Assembly: GCA_013115145.1 (NCBI GenBank)
Contig: JAAPAO010000083.1
Location: 1-64,000 of the forward strand
Length of the DNA stretch: 64,000 nucleotides
Origin: Perkinsus chesapeaki ATCC PRA-425
Lineage: Eukaryota; Protista; Perkinsozoa
Reading direction: 5' to 3'
Positions 22,638-36,479 of this stretch are shown here, in pieces (within the stretch, counting starts at the first letter, position 1; every line of letters starts with the position of its first letter). A program made the translations under genes and the position numbers. The notes beneath the pieces are model-generated. The model was not told the DNA's origin and ran no database searches. It saw only the letters and a program-made list of their open reading frames with translations.

Positions 22638-25600
22638 ATGAGCCCGTCTCATTTGCCTCATATTCTGCTAGCACTTCCAGCTCCTCCAGAAGGGTTCATT
22701 GACGAGGTTGTTGGAACCATCGACATTCGCACCAGGCGAGTGGAGCCTGCTGGACGGAGGTAGCATTGGATTGATTACGACGTGAAAATAATGCAGTATT
22801 ATGGATGGTCGTATATACGTATATAATCTCGCCATTCCGAGGCCGAGTCCCAGAAGGGTTAATTATATTTTTGTCAGTAAAGAGTAAATTCTTCTTTAAT
22901 GAATAGGTTAGCGAAACTCCTCGATCCTCTTGTCAACATCTTTATTAACTTTTGAATATTGAATTGATCGTATCTAAGGTTGATGCAGCTGATGGTACAT
23001 TTCTGCCAGCAGTAGTTTCTAGCAGGGAAGTTGGATAGCAGTGTAATTTAGAGAGGAAATTTCATATAAGTGAGATTCGTACGTAATTTCCGCAATTCTG
23101 AAATATCTATTAATCACGTCACCTTTCAACACATCAAGGTTAATACGACCTCTGTGTTGTTTAGCTTCCATCACGTTTGGGAGAAGCCTCGGCTGTCCAA
23201 GAGTCAGAAGAAGAGAGCTCAGAAGGACGACTCGACAGACACGCCCGAATCAAGTGCTGAAAGTAGTAGACTTGCTATCCTTGTGTTCGGGGCTCGCTGG
23301 AGTATCTAGCTTTAGTCGCCTACGGGCAAGAGAAATCCTTGGAATTTTCTCCGTAGTTCCTGCAGAGCCATTCGGCTTGGTGGCTGAACTGAACAAGGCA
23401 GAGAGATAGTTAAGGTTTTCATTGATATTTGGCTTTATGATCCACCCTGAGTTGGCGTATTATGTTGTTCGGTATCAGGCACTAGTGAGGAGCCATCGAG
23501 GAGTGGATGGTCAGCTAAGAAGAAGAAGGTTGTTGGCGAACAGTTGAAGCTTAATAAGGTTTTGGATGGGTAATAGGGCGCTTGAGGGAAAAGGTGGGAA
23601 TACGTGTAGAGATGTGTTGCTAGTGGGGATATTTAATAGTGAATTGTGTTCATCGTGGAGGACACTCGGGGTTCATCACTTAGGGGTCCATCTCTATCTC
23701 GCGGTCTCTATGTGAAACCGAGTAGTCGACTCGGTTGGGGATTTTTGCAACAGATAAAGAGCAAGTATAAAAATGTGTAAATAGCGTCGAGCTGATCATC
23801 CCAGCTCCGGTAGACACACTTAGAGTTCTATCTCTACGGGAAAGATTCATGCCCAACGTTATTTGGGAAGTATGCCATGGGCGACGAGGCCGAGTAGTCG
23901 AGAAAATCTAAAGGAAAGGTCGCAAGAGATGAAGAGCAAGTTTTGAAAATGTGTAAATAGCGTAGTGCTGATCATCCCAGCTCCGGTAGACCTTTGTATT
24001 GTGTAGTGGTAGTACTGTTTTCGACTGAGATGATGGTAGCGAATGTTCATATTTGGTATCTTTAGGTTAAACCTGTATGATATCTTGAAGGTCAATCCGA
24101 CTGCTACACAGGATCAAATTAAGAAGTCATACAGACGTAATAGTGACTGTTGATATAGTTTTGTGGCACGTGAATATTTGTGGGTAGGTCTCGTTCTCGA
24201 GCATCATCCTGATAAGCAAAAGGGCAGTGCGAAGGAGGAAGAAGAAAAGCTAACATTCTTAAGAATACAGGTATCTTTAGGTTAAGCATGCAAGATGCAA
24301 AGTAGCTCTGTTTTATCAGGAAGCCTTTGAGGTGCTATCGGATGAGCGTCGTCGCAAGCAATATGATTCATCTCTGCCGTTCGACGAGACCGTTCCCACT
24401 GAACTCGAAGAAGATGAAGATTTTTTTGAGGTTGGAATGGGCCGGTTTGGTAATTTAAAAATAATAGAAAATTTAAACAAGGGATTTACTGACCGAGGCG
24501 ACCGGAGCCTAATGGTAGAACGCCTGCATCTACACTTGAGCTGCCCGTGGGGCTCCCGTGGGGCTTCGATGGGTTGGGAATTCTGATCGTCTGTCTTCTT
24601 CTTTTGATAAACGGCAACTTCAAGAAGAGTAATGCATCGAGTATTCGGAAGCTGGAGTAAAAACTCGTAGGTGGTATGAGATGCTCCGCTGAAAGATGAA
24701 CGGTGTTAAAACGGGTAAATAGGATATTGTGTTCGGGAACAATGATATATAAATAACTCTTAATAGTATTATAGTACTAGAAACATTGCGGTGTGAACCA
24801 CCAATGAATCGCGGAAGAGAGTAACTGAATGAAAAGAATTTAACAACTAACCGACTCAGTTACTCAGTTTAACTGAGTAATTGAATAGAGGAAGTGCGGA
24901 GGACTTTTACAAACGTAAGAGAAATTTGGATGGAAGCCTATGCACCTTTATGGGTGTACACATTAGTTTTTTATTCAAGTAGTAAATTCTACAAGTGTTG
25001 CTGATTTACAAGCTCTGATTAGCAGTGCTTGCGGAAATCTCGGATGCCACTTCTTCGTGTAGAAGTCGATAGGAACGGGAAATGACGTGTTAATAGAGCT
25101 ATGTTGTAATCGATCACGTAATCGAATTGCAGGTATTCGGTCCAGTGTTCGATGCTAATGCTAGATGGAGCAATCGTCGACCAGTGCCGAGCTTGGGGAA
25201 TGATACTACCGACCTCAATAAGGTAACCATAAGGAATCTTTCGGGTGCGCATTGGGAATCTTTCGGGTAACCATAAGGAATCTTTCGGGTGCGCATTGGG
25301 AATCTTTCGGGTGAGCATTGGGAGTCTTTCGGGTGAGCATTGGGAATCTTTCGGATGCGCATTGGGAATCTTTCGGATGCGTATTAGGAATCTTCTGGGT
25401 GCGGTGGCTGGAGTAGGTTAGCTTATTACGAGATGTTACGCAAAGCGTATACCTGTCGGGATATAGAAGTTATATTAATGGGCGCGCGGTCATTCAGGTT
25501 AAGCGATTTTATCATTTCTGGATGAACTTTGATTCATGGAGGGATTTCTCGCAACATGATGAGTATGATGTAGCAGACGCTAGCTGCCGAGAAGAGAGAC

Positions 25601-28600
25601 GGTGGGTTGAAAGGCAGAATCAGAGGGTAGCATGTCAACCTGCTTTGCATCTTGCATGCTCCAACCTCAGATACGTCGTAAGTATGAAACTGCTGAAGCG
25701 TCAAGGATTAGGAAACTAGTGGAGTCTGCTATGCAGTAGGTTAATGGACATCTATGCGAATATTCATACCACTCTTCACTTCGATCACATCGTGACTTAT
25801 ACTGTTCTAACCGGTCCGCGTACGTTAACATCATCATGCTTGTAAAGCATTGAAGAAAATGAATAATATTGTTATCGGCAAGAATGTGATTCGCTCCATG
25901 CAACGGGCGAATAGAGACATCCACATAAGAGCACTACTGCTGCTGCTGTCTGTCGGTGAGATTGAGATAGTAGAGAATATGATATGAGTCATTCAGTACA
26001 GGTTTACTTACTACTACTATAATAGCCTTTTGACAGTATAATAACTTGATTATTGTTATTCAAGTAATTGACAATATAACATTGCTATCTTCGTGTAGGT
26101 TGGATCCTAGATTGATACGGGAGAAGGAGGATGAGCGTCGAGTGAAGGAGCTTCAACAGAGGGAAAAGGAAGAGATTAGGAAAAGGAAAGAAGAGTAAGA
26201 ATCATTCGCAGTTCATCGCCTTAGCCCAAAGCCCCTGAGTTACTGTGTCACTTCAGTGCGACATAATTTAGTTTAGGTGGACTTAGATTGCAGGTAGTGG
26301 TTTCGGATTGGTTCGGAATTGTTCTCCAACGGAAAATATGAAATTTTCGTTAGTTTGTCGTCTTTTGGGAAAGGCTGCTTTCACTATGGAATTTCGCTCG
26401 TTTTTGTTGTGGGGAGAACACAGTCTTTTCCTAATAATATATGGTTATTAGTATTATATAATTAGAGTATTAGTATTATATACTTAGAGTATCAGAAGTG
26501 GTGGGGTTTACCTACAGTCAGGTGCATTTCAATGTTTTGGCGTATTTATAATTTTTTATTTTAGGGAGGAAGAAGCTGCGAGGAAACGGAAGATAGCTGA
26601 AGAAGAGGAAGCTGAACGACGGAAAGAAGAGGAGAAAAAACGGGAAAAAGAGGAACGCGAGCGTCTCAAGAAGATACGACAGGTATGCGTCGCTTCTTGG
26701 CCGGCATTGGTTCGTGGTTCCGGCGGAGGCGGTGGATCAGTTGTGCGATTTTGGTGTCTTCTTAGAACGTCCGTGGTACTTACAGGAGCAGATGTGATGT
26801 TGTGGATCAGGAGACACTTAAAAAGGTAAGGGAGAGGATACGCTTCAATGCTGTTCGATCTGTTTTGGTGGCAGAAATTTGCATTGTGATGAGAGGGAGC
26901 GAGGAGTTCAGATAGCAATGGTTAGATATAATTGTGAAGGATCAGAAATAGCGCAGGTTCAATGCAACAAAGTTACTAGATGAGTACTAGCGTAGTAGCA
27001 TGCGCGGCGTCCCTTATGATGGTACAATATTTACCAAAGTCGATACTTTTCGAATATTTACCAGACAGGATAAGAATTATTATTTATTCAAGAAGAGCCA
27101 TGAATTGAACCTGGGTTAATCGATTTACAGTTAGTCGCTCTACCGTTGGACCATTTTGACTGCTCCTCAGTTGCTTTTGGAGCTCAAACCGGCCCAATTG
27201 GAGAAGTTCGCGTTGAAGACCGAAACGTTCTCTCAGGACAGCAGCAAATTGAAGGCTATGTAAGTTTTAGCGGAGCGAAGCGATTTTTGTATTCCCTTTT
27301 TAGGTTTGATTCTGCCCTTGATCACATTTTGCAAGCTAAAAAGAAGAGCGTGAAGCATGTTGCAAGTGCAGCGAAAACTAATAAGCATAGTAAGTTTAAT
27401 TGAAGGGAATTCTGAGCGATGAAGGAGAAGAATTAATGCGACGGCTTAAGCTGGGAAATTTTTGAGTGCGGGTGGGGTAATGAAGAATATATGGGAATGT
27501 TGAGGTTGCCCAGAGATTTTGGAGGGTTTCTCCATTCATTACTTTATACCACTTGACCATCTTTCTGTAAAATAAATAAGGATGTGTATTGATGTTTATT
27601 TTATATCTTAATTGTTCGTTTTGATTTCTAGATGTAGATTTAGAGGTGAAGCTAATTGAAGTGATAAGTATGCGAACCTTCCAAAAACCTTCCTCTCCGG
27701 GGCTATTATCCTGACCATCGAGCTGGTGATTCGGGAGCTGGTTAGGGTTAGCCGAACTTCGTTGATGCGAGGAAGAGTAGAACCCGCTTGTCTGACATAG
27801 ACCGACGAACCTTTCATTTTTGGGATTATGGTTTTTCCATAGATGGATGTTATTTTACTTGTTTATTTCTCCAGGTTCGGCCGGTGCCCCTTGGTCACTT
27901 GATGAGGTTCATATGCTAGCTAAAGGACAGCAAAAATATAAAGTTGGATATGCCGGAAGATGGAGGGCAATCGCACAGTTCTTGCAGAGTGCTGGATTTG
28001 ATAGGACTGCTGATGAGGTGAGACAAAGGGGACTACTGTGTGGGAGATGGGACAGGAAGGAAGTTTTTATTGTGGTTCGAGAGGGAGAATGGAGCGCTTT
28101 CATTTCTGGAAGATGCTACGGTCGGGTATAACCATGTTGAGCCTGCTTTATATGGTTCGGAGGAGCTTTAATGTTGAGATCGAATTAGACTTTGCAAAAT
28201 CTCAACTAGCATCGGCCGAGTATGGGACAGCGCGAATGCCTCCCCGAACAACGTGGTGGCTTCTTGATTAGGTTATCGCCCAGACAAGACTCATGGCCAC
28301 GCCGGAGTATTTGAAGAATCAAAAAACTGATGAAAAGCAAGTAGAAGAGGAGCAACAAACAGAGGTGGGAGTCGCCTTAGACGGATTCCGTTTTTGAGAA
28401 TTTTAAATCTTCGGATTTCTCACCAACCCCATCGAATCTTATCACGACTCATATGCCAGTAGAATGCCACTCTCAAGAGCTCCCGATCGCCGTGCGTTTC
28501 ACGGAAATATTCGCCCTTTGGGAAAATTGATCCAAAAAAGCGTTTTTTCTTGTGACACCTTGCACGCTTTTAGCGAGGAACAATGGTGAATATTTGGTAA

Positions 28601-29822
28601 CATTCGTGGCTGCATTTTCAGTGATATATGTTGCATTTTAGTAAAAATGGGACAAAATTTGTGAAAAAAAGTGAAGAAGGAATAGACGGTGGAGGCTATG
28701 GGATAGATGACACTAGTTTGTTACGAGAATGGGGAACGTTAGGATGCATAAGCCTTCTTGAGCGCCAATTTGTTGGAGTGAAATCTCAAGTTTTTCCGAG
28801 AGTTTGTCGCCCCCCTCGGATCGACTAATGGCCTTGTTTTCCGAGTATGTGTGTTCATACCGGACTTCTCTAAATTAACCTAACTTTTTTTAGAAGGCAC
28901 CCTCTTCTCCACCTACCCCTCCGCCGGCTCCTGTAGCTGCTGAGCGCAAGGTGGAGCCAGCCAGTTCACCGGAAGACTGGACACCTGCGCAACAGAAGGT
29001 AACTTGTTCAACAGCATTATTCATTGTTGATAAGTTGTGGAAATCTCCTTACACACTTTGAAAAGTATAACATTAGCCGCTTTGAAATTTCTCAGTGTAT
29101 TTTTATGATAGCAATATCAATTGCCGTGCGATGTGGACAGTTTTTTAAATGTACTTTTGGGTGTAAAATTGATGAGTAGGAATTGCGGCGCTGCCGGCTT
29201 GATGAACGCAGTGGGGAGGGAGAGTCACGTGTTATGTAATGAAGTACCGAGAGCGTACTATCAATGATCCACGCGAACTGCATAACGCAATTATCGGATA
29301 CGTTACCTTGTTGAGGAGCAAACGTATTACTCATCACGGTGACAAATCTATAGGGAGTGATGGGATAGAGACAAGCTCGAGAGCGTTCAGAATCTTCTTG
29401 GGTATCTCAGTACGTTCTGTTCCCCGCATAATCTTCATACGTGCCAGGATTATACCTTTGTGGCATCGATTCCCCGATTTCGTGTAGCCGTCGAATTTGT
29501 GTGTTCATGTCAGGCTTTAGAGAAGGGATTGGCGACTCATCCAGCATCATTAGGAGCTAATGAGAGATGGAAGAGGATCGCTGATGATGTAAGTTGTATA
29601 GGCGAAATGGGGGCGAATAAACTCAACAGGGGTTTGCTGGAATCTTAGAACCTTGAAGAGGTACAGGTGATTGGAATCAGCTTGCTTACCGAAAGCGAAT
29701 AATATCAGCACTAATTGATTAGTAGCAACTCTTCTTCGTTTTAGGTGCCTGGCAAGACCAAGAAAGAATGTGTTGCCCGATTCAAGTACATCCGAGAGCT
29801 GGTTGCCAAGGGCCAGGCATGA
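22638..29822 (+). CDS. DNAJC2: DnaJ/zuotin-family ribosome-associated co-chaperone with two SANT/Myb domains
   Basis: Exons: RRVEPAGR; NLYDILKV...HHPDK...EAFEVLSDERRRKQYDS (J domain); VFGPVFDANARWS; FYHFWMNFDSWRDF...REERRWVERQN; PWSLDEVHMLAKG...RWRAIA; DWTPAQQKALEKGL...ERWKRIADDVPGKTKKECVARFK. Confidence 0.92.
25222..25403. repeat. 22-bp intronic minisatellite
   Basis: About 8 units of GGAATCTTTCGGGTGCGCATTG, with variant GGAATCTTTCGGGTAACCATAA. The array starts at a DNAJC2 splice donor. Confidence 0.92.
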
Positions 29823-30347
29823 GGTCGGCAGCCGCAGCTTAATGAGCCACTGTCAATGTTCCTCACCCCAACGTCTGTTAATAGTTTTCTATCCTGTTGC
29901 ATTGAAAGAACTGAGTTAAGTTAGCTACGTGTTGAGGAAAAGTCGGTATGAGTTATAACGATCGTCGTCCTACGTTATATTTTCGATTGTTTTTTTTCAA
30001 TACGAAGTGAACTTGTGAGTGTGCGATGATTCAGTCCATCATCGCCTGTGTATGGTAGCTCTTCAACTCCCGTTGAACTCGGGAGTATTTTCGAACCGGT
30101 TCCCTTTTAACATAATAAGTAATGCTTTATTTGTGCGCTTGAGCTTTAACCCCTTTGCATAAGAATATGCTTCATTATACTTTTTTCTAATATTCCTTTA
30201 ATTTGTTAATTTAGTTTAATAATCTTTTTCGTCTGTTGGACTGTCTGAGAGGTTTAGTTGTTTATGCCGAGTTGCACACTGGTCAACTTTTACTAACTCA
30301 TCAAAGCCAACATACACAAAACTTGAAATGTCAGTTTTCTCGTTTTA

Positions 30348-31878
30348 TGTGGCGGCCATCTTATGCGCCTGCGTATGATTCTGTATCGACCTCATCTGTG
30401 AGTGGTGATATTGAAGTGCATCCTGATCAGAGCAGATGTGATCCAAACCTCTCTTGGTTCGATCGACGGAAGTGCGAGGCCTTCAGCAAGAGGGCATTTG
30501 GGTAGGCATTGTTTTTGGATTAGCATCTCCGTTAACCGCTCATCAACTTTAATTAACCTCCGTTAACCTATCATCTTTCTCTATCCAGAGGAAGATGATT
30601 TTTTCTTCATTACTCACCCGAGCCCCTCCTCCCGAGCGGTCGGGTGCAGAAAACCGAAATTGAAACCCGAAACCCGCGACCCGGAGGCCCGGTAGATATT
30701 CCAAAGCCGTGGTACTCAGCGCTTAGCCGGTCAGGCGAGTGGCGAGTATTTTACCGCGAGCAATAAACGTGTTTACTTCACGTTTCAAATAATCCTCTTT
30801 AGATGGTGGAAGGTCGATATCCTCTTGAATGCCCTCTCGGCCATGAATGCTCCAGTCGATCTCATCTGCGTAAGATGTCCCACAAACATAACGCACAGTA
30901 CTTCATTGAGTGCCGTTAGGAAGCTGATGGTCTCCAATTAGGTGCTGGGTATTCACCTTCTAATAACGCAGTATGGATGTGTGCCAATCACTTCTGGAAT
31001 CCTTTCCAGTTTCGCCGAATCTTGGCGCATGAGCTCGTTCATGCCTTCGACTTTGCCCGGGCTAAAATTGATACTGATAACGTTGACCATGTGGCGTGCA
31101 CTGAAATACGGGCTGCTAATTTGAGTGGAGAATGCGAGGTGAGTCAAATGGGTAATCCGATACAAGGATACCCTTCGTTTGCTACAGCAATTTTTTTCAG
31201 CTCTGGACGAAATGGACCGAATACATAGGCGAAGATCCCTTAGGTAAGCTCTTGTTCTCCTCTGGGTTGAAGTTCCTGAACGCAGCATACAAGTTGCTGG
31301 TGTGGGTGCAGTACTTTCAAAATATTCACTTTCACCTCCAATTAGCAATACGGACTTAATCAACTACATTCATATAAGTCACGGTTTCTGGTCTCACGAG
31401 GGTTAGCAGGTAACCATATGTGGTCGAGGAAGCAGCGTTGCGTGAAAGACGCTGCATTACGTTCACTGAGCGCTCACGGGCGGAGCGAAAAAGAGTCGCG
31501 TGACAGCATTGAAAGGGTAGGAAGGGAATTGTGTTATTTTAGCACGCATGCGCACGTAGGTTTGGTCCCGATGCAGCAAGGATCATTGGCCATTCACAAC
31601 TGATCCACAATTCGACACCAGGTAGTATTAAAGAAGTACTAGGTTAAGACTTAGAAGCTCTGAATTTGTCAAGTGCTCTTATTCTAGGTTAGATGACATT
31701 CTGTCGCCAATGGCGTGTATAATAATATCAGACTCGTTATTGATATGAATACTATTTACTAAATAGTGAAGCTCGAATTTCTTGCTTGTAATCTTTTTTT
31801 AATTTCACCTGCGCTCAACCCAGGAGCAATACCGTCTTGGGAGATATCTCACCGTTAGGTACCGAGATCCACCGATGA
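30348..31878 (+). CDS. ATP23: Mitochondrial inner membrane metalloprotease ATP23 (peptidase M76)
   Basis: Exon with VWMCANHF...LAHELVHAFD (HExxH)...HVACTEIRAANLSGEC, followed by QRCVKDAALRSL. The 3' end is approximate. Confidence 0.9.
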
Positions 31879-32436
31879 TAGATAGAAACTCTCAGAAGAT
31901 GAGATGATCATATTCGGGCAACCGGAAGATAACGATTTCTTGTACTGTTCCTAGACCCGTTTCTGCACTACACTAAACCAGTTATGCTTGTCAATATATC
32001 TATCTTGAGCGGAGAGAGATGGGGGCCCATATTGCATTTTAAACACAAATTACAAGTGTCTAAAAGCCTAGTCGAGCGCGAGACAGTGACCGTCGACTCA
32101 ACTATACTGTAAGGACATGTAGTATTAGTAATACTACATGTCCTAACAGTAGTATAGTTGAGCAGGCAATTAGTAATTGCCAATTACTTACTACCTACAA
32201 TCTCATTTCGGCGAATCTCGAAGTCCGCGAGGGGCCTACCGACACAGTTCCATCTGACTGCTAGACAGTGTCTAGCTGGAGATGGGCATTTAAGAAGCTT
32301 GCGAAGGGTAGGCGGACTCGTATTGATAAGGCTTATCCCCTAGGGGGATAAGCCTATCAACTTAGAGCTTGCTTAATAAGCGGTTCTGTCATCCCCGAGA
32401 TAACGAGTACTGCTACCCGAGCGATTCCATTCCAAT

Positions 32437-32523
32437 GAAGTTTCTTAGAAAAAGTAACCGCGACCGCATACACTGTATGCCATACAGTGACTGTATTACA
32501 GTATTGCGGCTGCCGTAGCCTAT
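32437..32523. repeat. Dispersed repeat copy A (paralogue at 32969-33077)
   Basis: Shared GAAGTTYCTTAGAAAAAG...CGACCGCATACAGTGACTGTATTACA...TGCCGTAGCCTAT backbone. The copies differ mainly by palindromic scars. Confidence 0.75.
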
Positions 32524-32968
32524 TGTGAGAATCGTGACTTGTGATTCACAAGTAAGACTAGCAAGATTGCGAGAATCTCTCGTGTAACACAAACATCTTT
32601 AAGCTAAGCCTAGTGTAGATATGATTGTCTAGTAGTAGACTCAAACTTTGCCGTATATATTTTTTATTCCACAAGTTCTATGCCAATGGGTTATCAATTC
32701 ATTAACTATAAGTTCGACGAGAGCCAAGTACAGCAACATCTGGCTCCGGAGCAGCCCGTTGGACTTTTTGATGCTAATGATGATGTCAACAGCTTCCAGC
32801 AGAAATTATTATTGGTTCTGCAACCGTTCTGTTCATCAAAATGGATTGATGAGTATAAGCTTTAACTTGAAGAGCAAGTTAAAGGAAGCGGTGACACTGT
32901 GGTAGTAAATTCGGTTTATTACTCTTTGGCTAATGAGCTTATGTGGGAAGGTTACCTCGACTTTCAAA

Positions 32969-33077
32969 GAAGTTCCTTAGAAAAAGCGACCGCGACCGCA
33001 TACAGTGACTGTATTACATAATGTAATTTACATTCTTGTGGCAATACACCTGCCGTAGGCTACGGCCCGTAGCCTAT
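32969..33077. repeat. Dispersed repeat copy B
   Basis: Paralogue of 32437-32523. Carries scars at 33013-33034 and 33052-33073. Confidence 0.75.
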
Positions 33078-33978
33078 GTATGCGAATATCTCCCCAAACC
33101 CAAGGATACTTGTTCGGCTTCGGTATTAGTGGATCGCTAACTTAGCGACGCTAAGGAGAGCCTATCCGGGTTGTGCAAATACACCGCCAATCAGGTCACA
33201 AATGGGTTCCTCGCTACATGCCTGGGAGAAATGTTCTGCAGATTTGGATCCGGGGCGCATGATCATTTCGCTCCATCATGGAACGAAGAATATGCAATAA
33301 GGTAGTTTCCTCATGAGTGCCTCCTTGTTTAGGAAAGATTCTTCCAGAGAAAGGATGACCATGGTCTACGCTACACCACAGTACAACAAAGCCATGGAGA
33401 GTGTATTTGCGAAGTTTCACAGGGACTCTGTAGGAAGCTCGAGAGCTATTCCTCTCGGCGGACAGGAATTGCTGCCGCTGTGGTCCTTGAGTATATACGA
33501 GATGATGTAGATATATGGATGACTGGCAACTGCATGCGATTCATTCCCAGTTATCCGGCATTCGCATGCTGCTTCCTGTCCTGGGTAGGCAGCTATGCTG
33601 GCATGGTTCCGGATGTAGCTAATGAGAGTATCATTTGCAGTACCATCCTTGATTATATCGGTTCTACTCTTTGGGTTTGTTGTCGAATCATTTCGAATCG
33701 TGGTTGCAGAAGGCAGCCGATGGCCGACGGTTACGTGTAAGCCACGGGTCACAGTGAGCGCAGTTTAAGCGAACCAGCTCTTCCTAGAAAAAGACAGTCT
33801 GGACACAAAGTTGTGTTAATAAGTTTCTCAATAATCTGCATGTGTTTTCCGTTGTCATTCAATTCACTGGGTGATTCAGTATCAACTCCTTGTCAGGATT
33901 TTTAGTATCAATACAGTCCTGATCGATGGCTGCTACTAACCGTTCGTTTGTCTACTTCCGAATACGGAAGCAATCCAC

Positions 33979-34090
33979 TTGACATATAAGGGTTACAAGT
34001 ACGAGAAGAAGACCCTCAAATAGGTCGGCGTCATCCGGCAAGACCTATTGGTACTGCACCACGATGTACCTCAAGCTTAATCGAGTGTGA
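33979..34090 (+). pseudogene. Possible FLYWCH-like fragment (Mutator-type transposase relic)
   Basis: LTYKGYKYEKK followed, after a stop and frameshift, by SGKTYWYCT. This resembles the FLYWCH pattern. Short and disrupted. Confidence 0.3.
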
Positions 34091-34689
34091 AAGGTGATAT
34101 CACGTCCACATCATGATACTCTGCGCGGAAGAGCTTCTGCAGTGGAGTCACACGTGGCCATGCGACCGATCTTGGACTAGATCGTTTCATCGGCCCGTGA
34201 GGAGGTGATTGAGCAGTCGCCACCGACAAGGACGTTCTCGAATACGATCCATACATCGTAAAAGGGCTGATCCTAACCATATCGCTCCGCTGAGCCGTTT
34301 ATTTTTCTTTGACCAACCAATCTCAAAAGACCATCGCTGAGCCGTAGTACGGCTGCACTGCAGCCGCTGCAGTTCCCGTTTCTCTATTCCTGCCAAGTTC
34401 AAGACGGCAACTATCGGTAGACAAGGGTACACTACTCTCGCCTAGGACACTGGTGCTCTTGAATCAAGAGCCTTGATCCTGATTTTCCTCGATCATTGAT
34501 AAAGCAAGTAGTATCAGGAGCCCACGAGGCCTTTCTCCATATAGACATTCCGGGTACTCCCTTTCTTCATAGAAGTTATGATTGCCCGCGCTTGGCAGGT
34601 GAAGTCCCCAATATCCCTTTCAAGTGTCCGTCTGCGGTATGCCAGCGAGAGCGTACAGAAGCCCATAAAAATTGATAACTCTTCTCCTA

Positions 34690-34856
34690 GGCGGTTATCG
34701 TCGGAACCGTGGTCACCGTGCGCCACGGATATCATCTACATCGACGGTCAACCGGTTCTAACCCTAATCGACGAGTATTCTAGATACGCCGACGCATTGG
34801 TGCTTAGCGCAGACCTTGCGCGGCAGAGACTACAGAGGTCATCTTTGCAGGCTTAA
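34690..34856 (+). mobile_element. Degenerate LTR-retrotransposon integrase core fragment
   Basis: EPWSPCATDIIYIDGQPVLTLIDEYSRYADA matches the rve N-terminal pattern (PW...D......L..+D.+SRY). Surrounding frames are broken. Confidence 0.55.
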
Positions 34857-36479
34857 TGTCTATGTTCGCTAAGGCCGCAATGAATATTATATGCAAAGAA
34901 CCGTTCTTCATGAACGGACTCGAGTGTCTAGCTGATTTTTTCACTTTCTGCGATCCGTCAAACGTTTTAAGGGCTCCTATACACTGACTCATGAGACTTG
35001 GGATCCTTCTAAGAGTGACCTCAGAGCATTAGCAGAGGCGAGCAATGCTCGCCGAGCACCCTTCCCGATTGAATCGGGAAGTACAATGACAATGACAATC
35101 CAAATTGGATTGTCTCCTACTAAGAAAACGATGTGCTTACGAGGATAATATCAATTCGAAAAGAAGTTAGATGCGATTTGAGGGTAACAAAAAATAACCG
35201 TTAGAATCGTTACTTTTATCAGATCTAAATGGCTGTTGCTTCGATGAAGTGAGTTTGCGTGAGCATTTTCTGCTCAAACGAGATTGTACAAGAGAACTTG
35301 CCACTGCGGCACACCTTTCTATGTGGAGAAATATGCCCCGAGTATTCATATAAGGTGAGATCACCGTGTCTGGTCACTGGAGAGAATCGTGATTCGTATT
35401 CAGATGCGTTTTATGCATACCAGAAGTCGACCTACTCGAACAACGCGATGTTCATTGCACAACAGGATGGCAAACAGATAACGTCGTGTATTTTACGTAT
35501 ACTTGTAGACATGATGCCGAGCAAGTATTCCTTATGATAAGAGATTTGATGGATGAGCACCGTGGCTGTTTCCGTAAACGGACACACCTGTGCATTATCA
35601 TGAGAAGATTCTGGAAGGGCTACTGACCAGTAGCTACTGTAGGAAACAGGATTTCCCAGATCGGCCAGTCGGCATGAATATTGCTTTTCGGAAAGTTTTA
35701 AAGACCAATTTGAAGTTCATTATTCACGTTCTCTTCTCTTGGAGGAGCACCACATCCACGTGAGCGGGCGACGGCGGGGCGGCCTCCGGCATAGGGGTGT
35801 TCTCCTTGAGCCCTATATCTCTTTCACGATAGATAAGTCTTGGCGGCCGCATGCATGGGTTATAGCAATAACTCTCTAATAAGCCCTGAGATCAGATGGG
35901 CCCCATCTGTTGGGTCTTGAAAGATGTTACACCTGGATATTCCGATAACAAAAAACGTCTAAATTCGCAAAGAGTCCTGAGCATTCAAGGAAGGCATCAT
36001 AGGGCGTTTGTTGCTGGGATAGCAGCCGAGGCGCACGCTGTCATTCACATGTTCGGAGGAAAGTATTCGTACAGATAGACGGTTGGACACCTGGGCACCG
36101 ATACATTCGGGATACAAGGTATTTCGAGGATACAAGACAGACATTTTCAAATGAATTTTTGTAGGTAATGCATAAGCGTCATTGCAATGGCGAACGTACC
36201 CCATAGTCGGGCGAGAGCTTCGTCCCAAGGAGAAGGAAAGCAGTGAAGAGCTTTCGCAACACATTTTTACTGAGGTACTGTCGCCTCTTATAGAAAAAAA
36301 GTACTGGTTGGTATGAGCTCTCCAAAATTGCAAGTCCATCGAGACTTAAACCTCAACTCGTATTTGGAAAATATTAACCTCAGTTCGCACGGGCGAATGA
36401 AATTGACGCTAAGACTCGCTGGGAACTTCAATGATAAATATTTGGATACCGATTGTCGTGAAACTTCGAATTATTCGGT

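Noticed and set aside
25019-25362. Repetitive minus-strand ORFs (RKIPNAHPKDS...)
   Set aside because: Translations of the 22-bp minisatellite plus the antisense of a DNAJC2 exon.
32097-32162. Long palindrome centred on G32128 as a complete two-sided scar
   Set aside because: Real palindrome (16-bp perfect core), but I could not find the partner half completing an 8-mer nearby, so it counts only as a one-sided case.
33100-33750. Reverse-transcriptase relic (YIRDD resembling YxDD)
   Set aside because: The motif spacing is wrong and the flanking RT motifs are not convincing. Only the integrase fragment was retained.
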